From an uncultured delta proteobacterium (GTDB lineage Bacteria; Desulfobacterota; Desulfobacteria; Desulfobacterales; QNYZ01), in assembly GCA_963845145.1 (NCBI GenBank), contig CAWJQU010000006.1, forward strand, positions 1-64,000: a DNA stretch of 64,000 nt, written 5' to 3'. Position 1 is the first letter of the stretch. The number at the start of each line of letters is the position of its first letter. Below the pieces are notes generated by a model, which worked only from the letters and a program-made list of their open reading frames with translations, had not been told where the DNA came from and did no database searches. The position numbers were made by a program, and so were the translations under genes. Shown piece by piece: positions 50,363 to 60,358 of this stretch.

Positions 50363-51211
50363 TTATTGCTTTATCTGGTCAAAAAACTTTTCGGCTTCAC
50401 CTTCGATCATACCGTAGCAGTGCTCCTGGGAAGGAAAACTTTCCGAACGAATATCCTCACAATAGTCTGTCATCGCCTTGGTGATGATGTCGGCCACATT
50501 GCAGTATTTTTTTACGAATTTGGGGGTAAAGGCCTGGAACTGGCCAATCAAGTCGGAAACGATTAATAACTGGCCATCCGCATCCGGTCCTGCACCGATA
50601 GAGAGCACCGGAATATCGAGCTGTCTGGCGATAAAACCGCAAACTTCAGGCGGCACTGCTTCCACCAGAAGCATCTGGGCTCCGGCATCCCTGACGGCGA
50701 CGGCATCTTCATAAACCAATTTGGCGGTTTCGGCAGTTCTTCCCTGGGCCTTGTGTCCGCCAAGTTGTCCCGAGCTTTGGGGCGTCAGTCCGATATGGCC
50801 CATCACAACAATCCCCGCATCCACGATGGCCTTGATTTGAGAGACAATGCGAACCCCACCCTCCAGTTTAATAGCGTCACACCCGGCCTCTTTAAGAAAG
50901 CGCCCGGCGTTTTCTACCGCCTTTGTCCTGCTGCTTTGGTAGGACATGAAAGGCATGTCGCCAATCACAAACGTATGCGGGGCACCACGTCGAACCGCCT
51001 CGGCATGGTAGATCATCTGGTCCATGACTACCGGAACCGTTCCGCTGTACCCATAGACGCACATTCCGAGGCTGTCACCAACTAGAAGCATATCCAGACC
51101 GGCAGTTTCTGCGAACTGGGCAGTTGGATAATCATAAGCAGTTAAAAAGGTGATTTTTTCGCTGTTTTTCTTCATCTCATAGAATTCATGAATCATCTTT
51201 TTCTTAGCCAT
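50363..51211 (-). CDS. panB: 3-methyl-2-oxobutanoate hydroxymethyltransferase
   Basis: LTAYD, LVGDSLGM, DMPFMSY, KLEGG, GHIGLTPQ, PKFVK. Confidence 0.97.
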   Translation of the reverse strand: MAKKKMIHEFYEMKKNSEKITFLTAYDYPTAQFAETAGLDMLLVGDSLGMCVYGYSGTVPVVMDQMIYHAEAVRRGAPHTFVIGDMPFMSYQSSRTKAVENAGRFLKEAGCDAIKLEGGVRIVSQIKAIVDAGIVVMGHIGLTPQSSGQLGGHKAQGRTAETAKLVYEDAVAVRDAGAQMLLVEAVPPEVCGFIARQLDIPVLSIGAGPDADGQLLIVSDLIGQFQAFTPKFVKKYCNVADIITKAMTDYCEDIRSESFPSQEHCYGMIEGEAEKFFDQIKQ

Positions 51212-51731
51212 CTCTCTTCTTCCTTTTTATGGGTGGGTTTTCGGACGCCTTTCCCTTTGTAACGGATATAGGTGCTGTTTTTATCGGCCATTCATGTTCG
51301 GTGTTGATTTCCGAATATATTAAAAAAGTTTCGCAGCGGCCGAAGTCGGGCAGGGCGGTGATTCCGGTTTTTACCAGGTCGCCGAGATGGGCCAGGTCTT
51401 TGACGACCACATGCAGCAGATAATCGAACCGCCCGCTGGTGTGATAACAGGCCCGTATCTGAGGTAATCGGTCGATTCCTTTTTCGAATTCGCGAATCGA
51501 CCGCGATTCATGGCGATGCAGGGAGATGCCCACCATGGCTTGGACGGTGAACCCGATCTTTTCAGGATCGATAATTGCCCGATACCCTTTGATAACACCG
51601 CTTTCTTCCAGCCTGCGGAGTCTTTCCTGAAGGGTCGTGGGGGGTATTTTTAATTCCCGTGCAAGAACGCTGTTCTTTAGGCGCCCATTTTTTTGCAGGG
51701 ATTCGAGAATCTTGGTGTCGATGGTATCCAT
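51204..51731 (-). CDS. Lrp/AsnC family regulator
   Basis: IDTKILESLQKNGR...RLRRLEESGVIKGY...SGRFDYLL. Confidence 0.95.
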   Translation of the reverse strand: MDTIDTKILESLQKNGRLKNSVLARELKIPPTTLQERLRRLEESGVIKGYRAIIDPEKIGFTVQAMVGISLHRHESRSIREFEKGIDRLPQIRACYHTSGRFDYLLHVVVKDLAHLGDLVKTGITALPDFGRCETFLIYSEINTEHEWPIKTAPISVTKGKASENPPIKRKKRDG

Positions 51732-52088
51732 AATAGCGCTTAGGGGTGCTTTCTCTGCGTTTACAAAAGAAAAGTGTTATAAATACAATAAATATACCTA
51801 TAAAACGTAAATATAACGGTTGTCAATTAAAAAAATAGTAAAAAATACAAATTATGGGCAAAATATTTGAACTATTGCCATGGTTTTTACAATAACCGCC
51901 ATGGATGTAAGGCGTTTTAAGTTTTTTCATCCAACAGATGAAAAAGGTAACAAAAAGGGTTTTTGTGAATTCTTGATTTTTAATTGGGAATAACGAATTG
52001 AAAATCGCATGTTATGCAACGTTAGGGTTTAGCGAGCCGCATGGTCAGGAACGTGGACTACAGTGATAAATACAACGTCCCTGTATTC

Positions 52089-53081
52089 CTACCCTTGTCG
52101 TGCCGCTTCAATAAAAGCCGCGATGTTCTCAGGTTTTGCAGGAGGGTAGATATCCGTAGGTGGTAGTGGAAATACCCGGGCTGTGGTTTTGCATCGGTAA
52201 ACGACTTCCCGAACAACCTCGGGCGTTGCTTTGGCCATCATGTCGTAGGTTCCGCAAACGCAGAAAAGCGGCATATCCTCGGGCAATTTCTCCACTACAA
52301 CAGCGAGATCGCATGCCTGATCCACCCCCAAGGCGTCAGGTTTGCAGGAGATCAAAAGATCGATGAACAGGTCCGATCGGCCTGCAAAGGATAACGCGTG
52401 GGGGACTTTTTTGTCCGACAATAGCGCCGCTATCCTTGGGGTGAGAAGCTTTTCAAAGGATTGGGGTGAAATCGTCGTGGCCCCGCCTTCCTCAACGGTA
52501 ACAAATTCAGCCCCGGCTGAAACATAAGCATCACGTACACGGGATAGTAGATCGGTCAGCCGTTCGAGAATCGCTGAAAAAGCGTCAGGCTCTTTGAGCA
52601 CCATCACGAACATCTTGTCCGGATCCAGCACCTGCCCGGCAAGGGTGAAGGGGCCGGGAATGAATGCACCAACCGCCGCCCGATATTTAAGGTCTTTCTT
52701 TACTTTTCGGATCGCCTGGAGGATTGCCGGCATTCGGCCCGCCTCAGATACGTTAACCGGGATTATAATGTCTTCGGCTTTTTGGATCGTGCGTACACCC
52801 ATGGTCGGGTAGACGGGGTGGCCTTCTACCTCTTCGTGATATAGAATCTCCCCACCCAGTATTTCTGCTTCCACATTCATATCGAATGGCAATGTCGTGG
52901 AATCGAACCCTTCTTCTACAGCAAGCATGGCGGCGGCAGCCATCTTTTTTTTAGTTTTCAGGATGTCGTTAAAGATGAACCCCTTTTTACGCATACGGAC
53001 CAGAGGGATGAAAGGATGGGGTACGATCACAGCTCGGCTGTCTTTTCGGTAGGACGCCATGAGTCGATAAAAATGATTCAT
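52089..53081 (-). CDS. Uroporphyrinogen decarboxylase / MtaA-CmuA family protein
   Basis: LPFDMNVEAEILG, GRMPAIL, GPFTLAG, PENIAAF. Confidence 0.85.
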   Translation of the reverse strand: MNHFYRLMASYRKDSRAVIVPHPFIPLVRMRKKGFIFNDILKTKKKMAAAAMLAVEEGFDSTTLPFDMNVEAEILGGEILYHEEVEGHPVYPTMGVRTIQKAEDIIIPVNVSEAGRMPAILQAIRKVKKDLKYRAAVGAFIPGPFTLAGQVLDPDKMFVMVLKEPDAFSAILERLTDLLSRVRDAYVSAGAEFVTVEEGGATTISPQSFEKLLTPRIAALLSDKKVPHALSFAGRSDLFIDLLISCKPDALGVDQACDLAVVVEKLPEDMPLFCVCGTYDMMAKATPEVVREVVYRCKTTARVFPLPPTDIYPPAKPENIAAFIEAARQG

Positions 53082-53091
53082 GGGCGCGCTT

Positions 53092-53715
53092 TTAGCTATT
53101 TCGGTAAGGCGCAAAATCTTCGGGAAGATTTTTTAATTTTTTTTCTAAGGAATCAATAATCGTTTTCACATCATCAGGACTACCTGGCGCTTTATCGTTA
53201 AACATTCTGATATCGGCTCGCAGGGTAATTTCAAAGTCACCTAAAAGCTGATAGACATCCTTCCAATCATCCTCTGACAGCTTGGTTTCTGATTTCCCAG
53301 GGGAATCTGATTCATTTTGATTATCGAGTTTTTTCGAAAGATATCTAAAGTATGACCTTGACATATCACTAAAATGTGCCGTTGCGCTCGAAAAAAATAG
53401 GGAGTTTTTGGTATTCCATTTATCCAGCATTTCGATAAATACAGAGAAATTTTTTTCATCATTATTTTTGTACGTTATTATTTTTTGATAGCCACACAAA
53501 ATTGCGTTCAAACTTGGATAAATTTCAACTCTTTTATCGAACAAAGATCTGGAATATTTTTGTTCTACTTCAAACTTTATCTTTTCTAACTTTTTACGAT
53601 TTAGTTTTCCCGTGATGTAAATTGACGCTAATACGGTAACAATTATGGTAAGTATATTTGATACGCCGGCATATTTTACGATTATATCGTCGATGATATT
53701 CAATAATTCAATCAT
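53092..53715 (-). CDS. AT-rich hypothetical membrane-anchored protein
   Basis: 207-aa ORF with an N-terminal TM segment and GAGG RBS; visibly more AT-rich than its neighbours. Confidence 0.65.
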   Translation of the reverse strand: MIELLNIIDDIIVKYAGVSNILTIIVTVLASIYITGKLNRKKLEKIKFEVEQKYSRSLFDKRVEIYPSLNAILCGYQKIITYKNNDEKNFSVFIEMLDKWNTKNSLFFSSATAHFSDMSRSYFRYLSKKLDNQNESDSPGKSETKLSEDDWKDVYQLLGDFEITLRADIRMFNDKAPGSPDDVKTIIDSLEKKLKNLPEDFAPYRNS

Positions 53716-54028
53716 AGTATCATCCTCAGTATTGAATTAAATTGAAAAGGCTTTTTGAATTCAGATCCGGAGAGACGGAGAGTCGTATACGCAACTTAGG
53801 TTAAAGACAGTACCCGAATTCTAATGTTCCAGCAAGGTCAAAGTGTTATAATACCATTAAGCTATGCGATGGATAAACACTTATTTTTCCATATATCGTA
53901 TATTACCACATAATCTACCAAAAAGCCCACGTGATTTGTAAAGAATCCATTTTAACTGCGTCATTGATGGTACATTTACAAGAAACCGGTAAATCAAACC
54001 ATCGAATATGGTGACGATTTTGATTGAT

Positions 54029-54043
54029 CGGCATGCAAATTGC
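54029..54043 (+). promoter_or_regulatory. Sigma54-type promoter upstream of dksA
   Basis: CGGCAT-GCAAA-TTGC, with GG-N10-GC spacing. Confidence 0.55.
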
Positions 54044-54177
54044 TGATATCTATCTCCGGCTCTTACCCGAATACGAAGATTCTCAATGAGAATTTTTAGG
54101 GTGCAATGGTCAGCCGGTTTGGAAATTTACTCATTGTTATCGCTGCAGTTGGCAATATTATCGACCGGGAGGGTGTC

Positions 54178-54543
54178 ATGAAAAGTGAAGAATTGGCCAT
54201 CTTACGCCGTATGCTTGAGGATCAGTTACGTGAGCTGGGTTTCAGGGCGGAAACCACCATCAGCGACATGTTGAACACAATAACCGATTTCGAACCGGAT
54301 CCCCTTGATCGCGCCACATCGGAACAAAACCGTACGCATAATTTGCGCCTTCGTGATCGGGAAAGTCGATTGATTAACAAAATCAGAAATTGCCTCCAGG
54401 CCATGGAGGATGGGGAGTATGGTATCTGTCAAAAGTGCGGGGAACCCATCGCTTTTGCCCGCTTGAAGGCACGCCCCGTGACCCATCATTGTATTGATTG
54501 TAAAAATAAACTTGAAGATTTCGAAAAAGCCGCCGGGTACTGA
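54178..54543 (+). CDS. dksA: RNA polymerase-binding protein DksA
   Basis: DPLDRA coiled-coil tip, RDRESRLINKI, YGICQKCGEPI...RP...CIDCK zinc finger. Confidence 0.92.
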   Translation: MKSEELAILRRMLEDQLRELGFRAETTISDMLNTITDFEPDPLDRATSEQNRTHNLRLRDRESRLINKIRNCLQAMEDGEYGICQKCGEPIAFARLKARPVTHHCIDCKNKLEDFEKAAGY

Positions 54544-54571
54544 CGTATTAGTAAATGATTACCATAAATGA

Positions 54572-54646
54572 AGAGACCTTTAAAAAGAACCTGGAATGAA
54601 GTTTATTGGCAGGGCGCCAAACCGAGGTAAAATTTTAAAGGTCTCT
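54572..54646. repeat. 75-bp element with perfect 14-bp terminal inverted repeats (MITE-like)
   Basis: agagacctttaaaa (54572-54585) and ttttaaaggtctct (54633-54646). Confidence 0.6.
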
Positions 54647-54679
54647 GTTAGGATATACCGCTAAACCGTTACTGGATGT

Positions 54680-54964
54680 TTATTCGGCCATTTCGAAACC
54701 TATCACTGTAATGGTTTTAGCCCCGTCAGCCTCAGCTACGGTGCCTTTTACGGTTACTTTTTCTCCTACTTTATCGGCTAGCTCTTCGCCCTTCTCAGTT
54801 TCGGCAATCTCGAAAACGGCATCATTTTCATCTACTAATTGACCGTCCTCATTAACGACCCCCATAATGCTGACTTCCGATGCGGTGGCAACGACGCCAG
54901 AAAGAAAAATAGCCAGAGAGATAATAAATAGGGTGCAAATAATCTGTTTCATGTTTTTATGCAT
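54680..54964 (-). CDS. Small acidic secreted protein (OB-fold-like)
   Basis: Signal peptide; GVVNEDGQL...GEELADKVGEKVTVKGTV; paralogue of 55120-55410. Confidence 0.8.
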   Translation of the reverse strand: MHKNMKQIICTLFIISLAIFLSGVVATASEVSIMGVVNEDGQLVDENDAVFEIAETEKGEELADKVGEKVTVKGTVAEADGAKTITVIGFEMAE

Positions 54965-55119
54965 TTTAAGCTCCTTTTATATATAGCTTATGGAAGAACA
55001 TTCCCGTTTGGATATATTGGGTCGCTGATTCTAATAAACGTTTATTTGACAATATGTGATTTTTCCTCCACCTCCTTTTTTTTTATCCTCAATTGACCAC
55101 CAGAAGAAGCTATAAACCA

Positions 55120-55410
55120 TTATTCGACAAGTGTCGTAAAAGCGCTGACTCGGATTGTTTTTATCCCCTCTTCTTCGGTGATAATACCCAACACCTCAAT
55201 CTTTTTGCCAACACGATCCTGCAATTCAATTCCCATCTCCGTATCCATCACTTTAATTCGCTTTTGATCGTTTAGTTCCAAATAGCCGTCTTCTGTTACG
55301 ACGCCGACAACGGTTATCTCGGCATCACTTGCCAAACCGAACGGAATGAACATGGCGCCCAGGATTGTAATGACCAGAACGTTGATTCTTATCATTCGCT
55401 TTATGATCAT
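55120..55410 (-). CDS. Small secreted protein, paralogue of 54680-54964
   Basis: GVVTEDGYL...GIELQDRVGKKIEVLGII...GIKTIRV. Confidence 0.78.
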   Translation of the reverse strand: MIIKRMIRINVLVITILGAMFIPFGLASDAEITVVGVVTEDGYLELNDQKRIKVMDTEMGIELQDRVGKKIEVLGIITEEEGIKTIRVSAFTTLVE

Positions 55411-55474
55411 GATTAAAACCGCTTTCGTTTCGAAAATCTTTGTTGGGAATTACGATCTTTTGATTACACTGTGT

Positions 55475-55489
55475 GCATAATTAATGCCA
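55475..55489 (-). promoter_or_regulatory. Sigma54 promoter of the paralogous secreted pair
   Basis: Minus strand TGGCAT-TAATT-ATGC. Confidence 0.65.
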
Positions 55490-56039
55490 AAGCAAAACAA
55501 TCTGAAATCGTTATGTTTTTGGAAATTTTAAGCAAAAGGCAGGAATAGAGATACGCTTTATATTTGATTGATTGGATACGCCTCTCTTCGATAAACATAC
55601 TGAAAAAACAACAGAAACGCTTTATGGAATCACGGGTTCCGGTTTAGCCGTTATAGGAACCATGAATTCCGAAAAATGCTTTTCGAAAACAGCGATTGGG
55701 TTTGAGAGGTCTTTATTCTTAATCGTCCGAATTGGTGATGTTTTTACCAATATGATCGACATACTCTCTATTTTAAATAGAGCTAACATCAAAGCATACC
55801 TCAAATAACTTACCGTAACACAAAAACAAAGGCACATGCCCAACTATTTAAAATAATCGCTGCCGTCCGGTTAAATAGGTGATAAAGATTGGCACAGATT
55901 TTCTTCTGTGATATTCAAAATAGCATCCAACCATTAAAGAAAAGGCATGACATCGGATCAAACAACCCATTTTAGCCGTGTGATAACGACATTTTATGAA
56001 AAGAGTATTTCCAATGCAATTTGGTTGTAATACCTATCC

Positions 56040-56792
56040 ATGTTTTTAACGAACCTAAGCAAATTCGGCGTTGCTTTGGGACACGCCCTTCTTGGGGCAT
56101 CCCGTGATTTGGCACCTATCATCACAGTCATCGCTCTGTTTCAGGTTCTGGTCTTAAAGCAACCCTTTCCGGAGCTTTCATCCACTCTTGGGGGACTGGT
56201 TTTGGTCATTGTTGGCTTAGCCTTTTTTGTCGTCGGCTTGGACATCGGCCTATTTCCTCTGGGCGAAACCATGGCAGAAGAATTTGCGCGTAAAGGAAGC
56301 CTCTTTTGGCTCCTGCTCTTCGCGTTTGCATTAGGGGCGGGGACAACCGTTGCCGAACCCGCCCTTATAGCCGTAACGCGCGAGGGAGCAAAAGCCGCAG
56401 CTGAAGCGGGACTTATTGAAAATATCTCTGCCGCGAAAGACCGTTATGCTCTTGGTGTCCGCTTGACCGTGGCATTGTCCGTTGGTGCTGCAATAGTTCT
56501 TGGGGTATTGCGAATCCTACGCGGTTGGTCTCTGCCGGTTTTAATCGTTGGCGGCTACATGCTGGTTATGCTCATGACCTTGTTCGCACCGAAGGAGATC
56601 GTAGGGTTGGCTTATGATTTGGGAGGAGTTACCACTTCGACAGTCACCGTGCCACTCGTAACGGCTTTGGGTGTAGGGCTTGCACGCACGATACGCGGCA
56701 GAGATCCCTTGACGGATGGTTTTGGCCTCATCGCTTTGGCCTCTCTTACCCCCATGATTTTTGTGATGCTTTACGGATTGATCGTACACTAG
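56040..56792 (+). CDS. DUF1538 membrane protein
   Basis: GLFPLGE, TTVAEPAL, AYDLGGVTTSTVTVP, DGFGLIALASL. Confidence 0.92.
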   Translation: MFLTNLSKFGVALGHALLGASRDLAPIITVIALFQVLVLKQPFPELSSTLGGLVLVIVGLAFFVVGLDIGLFPLGETMAEEFARKGSLFWLLLFAFALGAGTTVAEPALIAVTREGAKAAAEAGLIENISAAKDRYALGVRLTVALSVGAAIVLGVLRILRGWSLPVLIVGGYMLVMLMTLFAPKEIVGLAYDLGGVTTSTVTVPLVTALGVGLARTIRGRDPLTDGFGLIALASLTPMIFVMLYGLIVH

Positions 56793-56799
56793 GTGAAAA

Positions 56800-57558
56800 A
56801 TGGAAATTCTGTTTGATCCCATAATGCTGCTGATAGCCACAGCCAAAGATGTGTTGCCGGTTCTCGGTTTGCTGGTATTATTCCAAACCTTTGTGCTTAA
56901 AAGACCAATCCCTCGGCCAGGCAGAATTATTTTTGGTTTCGGTTTAGTCCTGGTAGGTATGGCCTGCTTTCTTGGTGGGTTGGATTTGGCCCTTTTTCCA
57001 GTTGGTCGAACCATGGCACTTCAACTGGCCGAGGGGGCCCATAGCGGTGGGAAGGTGTCTTGGACAGCCTACGGGTGGGTCTATCTTTTTTCTTTTTTGG
57101 TGGGTTTTTCCACCACCATAGCCGAGCCTTCCCTCATCGCTGTGGCACACAAGGCGCATGAAGCCTCGCACAAAGCGGTTTCATCGTGGGGGCTGCGTAT
57201 CGCGGTTGCTTTCGGCGTTGCCATTGGTATAACCCTTGGTACTTTTCGAATCGTCACAGGGACACCGCTTTATTATTATATTTTGGCTGGATATATAGTG
57301 GTGGCCATTCAAACCGCATTCGCGCCTCGGATGATTATTCCATTGGCTTATGATTCCGGAGGCGTGACGACATCTACGGTCACCGTACCCTTGGTTGCAG
57401 CCCTCGGTTTGGGGCTGGCATCCAACGTTCCGGACCGAAGTCCGGTTTTCGATGGATTTGGGCTCATCGCGTTTGCCAGTTTGTTCCCTATCATCAGCGT
57501 TTTGGGCTACGCCCAATTTGTTCAATGGATAGTACAACGGCGAAACCAAAAAAATTAA
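56800..57558 (+). CDS. DUF1538 membrane protein (second paralogue)
   Basis: TTIAEPSL, AYDSGGVTTSTVTVP, DGFGLIAFASL. Confidence 0.92.
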   Translation: MEILFDPIMLLIATAKDVLPVLGLLVLFQTFVLKRPIPRPGRIIFGFGLVLVGMACFLGGLDLALFPVGRTMALQLAEGAHSGGKVSWTAYGWVYLFSFLVGFSTTIAEPSLIAVAHKAHEASHKAVSSWGLRIAVAFGVAIGITLGTFRIVTGTPLYYYILAGYIVVAIQTAFAPRMIIPLAYDSGGVTTSTVTVPLVAALGLGLASNVPDRSPVFDGFGLIAFASLFPIISVLGYAQFVQWIVQRRNQKN

Positions 57559-57628
57559 AAAAAGCATAGCTCGGCCAATAGAGCAAATCTACAATATGGA
57601 AGAAATCGGGCAAAAAGTGGGGTGCGAA

Positions 57629-57949
57629 ATGGCGTATAAATCTATAATTGCAATGGTAAAGCCGGACTTGACCGACAGGGTTGTCAATTCAGCAAAACAG
57701 GTAGGCGCTACTGGAGCGACAATCGTATCTGCTTCGGGTACAGGTGCTCATGAAGCGAAAACATTTTTCGGCCTTAGCCTGGATATTCGCACGGATGTGG
57801 TTATTTTTCTGGTGGATAATGAAATCGTTGAGCCGGTCATGACCGCCATTAAAGATGCAGGACGGTTTAACGAACCAGGCACAGGTATCGCTTTTGTGCT
57901 TGCCGTAGAGCAGACATCTGGTTTTGAAAGTCAGCTGTCAAAACAATAA
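57629..57949 (+). CDS. P-II-like signal transduction protein
   Basis: GATGATIVSASGTG, FFGL, PGTGIAFVLAVE. Confidence 0.9.
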   Translation: MAYKSIIAMVKPDLTDRVVNSAKQVGATGATIVSASGTGAHEAKTFFGLSLDIRTDVVIFLVDNEIVEPVMTAIKDAGRFNEPGTGIAFVLAVEQTSGFESQLSKQ

Positions 57950-58244
57950 CTGTTACAAAAAAACATCTGTGTATTTCTCCGCAGCCATGTCGGGTTAAAG
58001 ATCAACGCTTTCTGATGCCAATAACAGCCGGGAAGCGGGTATTCCGGTTTTGAAAAAGCACGCAAGCCAAAGCCCTGGGATTAAACAAAAAACAAGGAAA
58101 AAGATTAATTGTAAACACGTGTTATGAATTTCAATAACGTTCACATCACCAGACCGTATTGCCAGCGGTTTCCAATAGATGGCTGGCGCAAATATTTTAT
58201 TGCAAAAATATGTTGAAGAAGAAAAATACGCAAAGGAGTTAATA

Positions 58245-58652
58245 ATGATGGAAACACCTTTTCCGAAATCTACATCCTTTGCTAAAAAATATAATCGCCT
58301 TCTGGAAACGGTGAACCCTTCAGATACCCTGGGTATTCTGATCAATGCGGATCCCGACAGCATGGCCAGCGCCATGGCGTTGAAACGAATTTTTTGGAAG
58401 AAAGCCCGACGTATTTTGATTTATCGGATCAACACTATTAAGAGGGCGGATAATCTTGCTTTTGTTAAATTCCAGTCCGTTGACCAGAAACACATCCGCT
58501 ACAAGAACCGCACGGTTATAAAAAAATGGGCCTTGGTTGATTCCCAGCCCCACCACCATAAGTTATTAATGGACCACCCATATAGTATCATCATCGATCA
58601 TCTTTTATGGCCGATGCAGGTAAAACAGCTCGTAAGATTTTTTGACACTTGA
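58245..58652 (+). pseudogene. Truncated DHH-family phosphoesterase
   Basis: NADPDSMASA and LVDSQP motifs; breaks at IIIDH, where the DHH motif should be. Confidence 0.8.
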
Positions 58653-58850
58653 ACGGCTCTGCCGGGGGGCACCGAAGTGCGGCCAGGGCTGAAATCCCAT
58701 TGGCAAACATATTGAATGATCCTGAAGACGTATCCGACCTTGGTGCCTTAGTAAAAAATATTTTAAAGGACTTGAAGTAAATAATAAAGATTTCATGATA
58801 TGCCTTGATTCAATAGTGCTCGTATCAGATTTTGAAGAAAGGAGACGGTT

Positions 58851-59255
58851 ATGAAAATTATCGCACCCACCGCTGGCTTTATACCTCGTAAGAGGACCGT
58901 AGGCTATGTTATCAATATTGCCAAAAGACTGAATGCACAGTTGGTTGTTTTGCGAGTCCTCACCGAGAACGAGACAGAGGCGGCGGGAGAAAAAAGCTTG
59001 AGTCTGTTTATTGAAACCGGCAAGAAGGAGCAAGTGGCGGTAAGTGGTATTGTAAAGCGAGGGGATATTGCCTCGGCTGTTATTGAGGTGGCCGAAGAAA
59101 AGACTGTTGACCTGATTGTTCTGGGTCTCAGCCATGGAGAAATCATAGCTGAATGGATGAATGCAAAAGCGATGGAAAAAACGGATATTCCTGTTCTTTT
59201 AATCCCCAAATGGGTGCCGGCTGCAGACAGATTATCGCTGAATGGTTGCGTGTGA
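58851..59255 (+). CDS. Universal stress protein
   Basis: MKIIAPT, GDIASAVIEVAEE, DLIVLG, PVLLIP. Confidence 0.9.
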   Translation: MKIIAPTAGFIPRKRTVGYVINIAKRLNAQLVVLRVLTENETEAAGEKSLSLFIETGKKEQVAVSGIVKRGDIASAVIEVAEEKTVDLIVLGLSHGEIIAEWMNAKAMEKTDIPVLLIPKWVPAADRLSLNGCV

Positions 59256-59422
59256 TTGGGAGCTGAAGCTGGAGGAGACGATAACCATCTATTGCAAGGT
59301 TGATCGGTGAAGGAATGACCAGCCGGATATGACATTGTTTGCTGAGATAAATTATACTTGAGGTGAAAAAGCCGGTAGTGCGATTGATTTTCAATTGTGA
59401 GTTAGCGAAAGGACCGAAGACG

Positions 59423-60346
59423 ATGAACAGCGTCAAGAATAATCCAAAACTCCCGCGATCAGATAAAGAATTGGCCCGGTTGGTTGTCAACGTCGCGAAG
59501 GCAGCACGCGTTGATGGTATCATTTGTGTCACTCAAACCGGGGTGTTGGCTCAACATCTTTATCAGCTCTCAGGCGACTTCCCGGTCATCGCCGCGACAA
59601 CGAATAGAAAAACGTATGATGCCCTGATAAAGGCAGGCTTAGAGGTATTGCACCTTCCGCTGCACACTGTTAGCAAATACAATCAGATCCGTCACGCCAT
59701 CTCCATCGTGCTTCAGTCATCCATTATTCCAATCGGAGATCTCGTTGTCTGCGCAATCGGTCGTGATGTTTACCAGGAAGAGGGGAGTCTTGTTGTTCTG
59801 ACCGAGATGGAATCGAATATTGAAAAGCTTGCTGTCTCCGATCTTATTAAACTCACTGATGGCATTCAGCCTACTGTTCTCGAGGTTGCTGTCACGGTTG
59901 CTTGTAAAATTAGCCGTGTTGCGAGGCGCGGGAATCGTGTCGGCGCCATATTTATGCTTGGCGATTCTATAAGCGTCCTTAAAGGAAGCAAACAACTTGT
60001 TCCAAATCCTTTTCATGGCCACGGCAAGGCCGATCGTATGCTGACAGATCCCAACATCCACGACGCCTTGGTTGAATTATCAAAACTCGATGGCGCCTTT
60101 GTTCTTCGTGGCGATGGTTTTATCCAAGCCGCCGGAGTTTTTTTAACTTCTCCTTCGATTGAAACAAAACTGGTTTCCGGGCTCGGGGCAAGACATGCTG
60201 CTGCTGCCGCAACCACGATGCGCACCAATGCGACAGCGGTCGTTGTCTCAGCCACTGATGGTCAGGTACGATTGTTTTCAGGAGGCAGCTTGGTTCTCCA
60301 AATAGATCCCGAGATTGCACACAGGCACATCAGTATGAATGAATAA
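59423..60346 (+). CDS. Diadenylate cyclase (DisA_N domain with pyruvate-kinase-C-like N-terminus; DacZ-like)
   Basis: VGAIFMLGD, NPFHG, ELSKLDGAF (DGA), GLGARHAAAA, VVSATDG. Confidence 0.88.
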   Translation: MNSVKNNPKLPRSDKELARLVVNVAKAARVDGIICVTQTGVLAQHLYQLSGDFPVIAATTNRKTYDALIKAGLEVLHLPLHTVSKYNQIRHAISIVLQSSIIPIGDLVVCAIGRDVYQEEGSLVVLTEMESNIEKLAVSDLIKLTDGIQPTVLEVAVTVACKISRVARRGNRVGAIFMLGDSISVLKGSKQLVPNPFHGHGKADRMLTDPNIHDALVELSKLDGAFVLRGDGFIQAAGVFLTSPSIETKLVSGLGARHAAAAATTMRTNATAVVVSATDGQVRLFSGGSLVLQIDPEIAHRHISMNE

Positions 60347-60358
60347 GGTTGTATATGA

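Noticed and set aside
55889..55905. Sigma54 promoter for the DUF1538 operon (tggcacagattttct)
   Set aside because: The -24 element is good but the -12 GC is missing.
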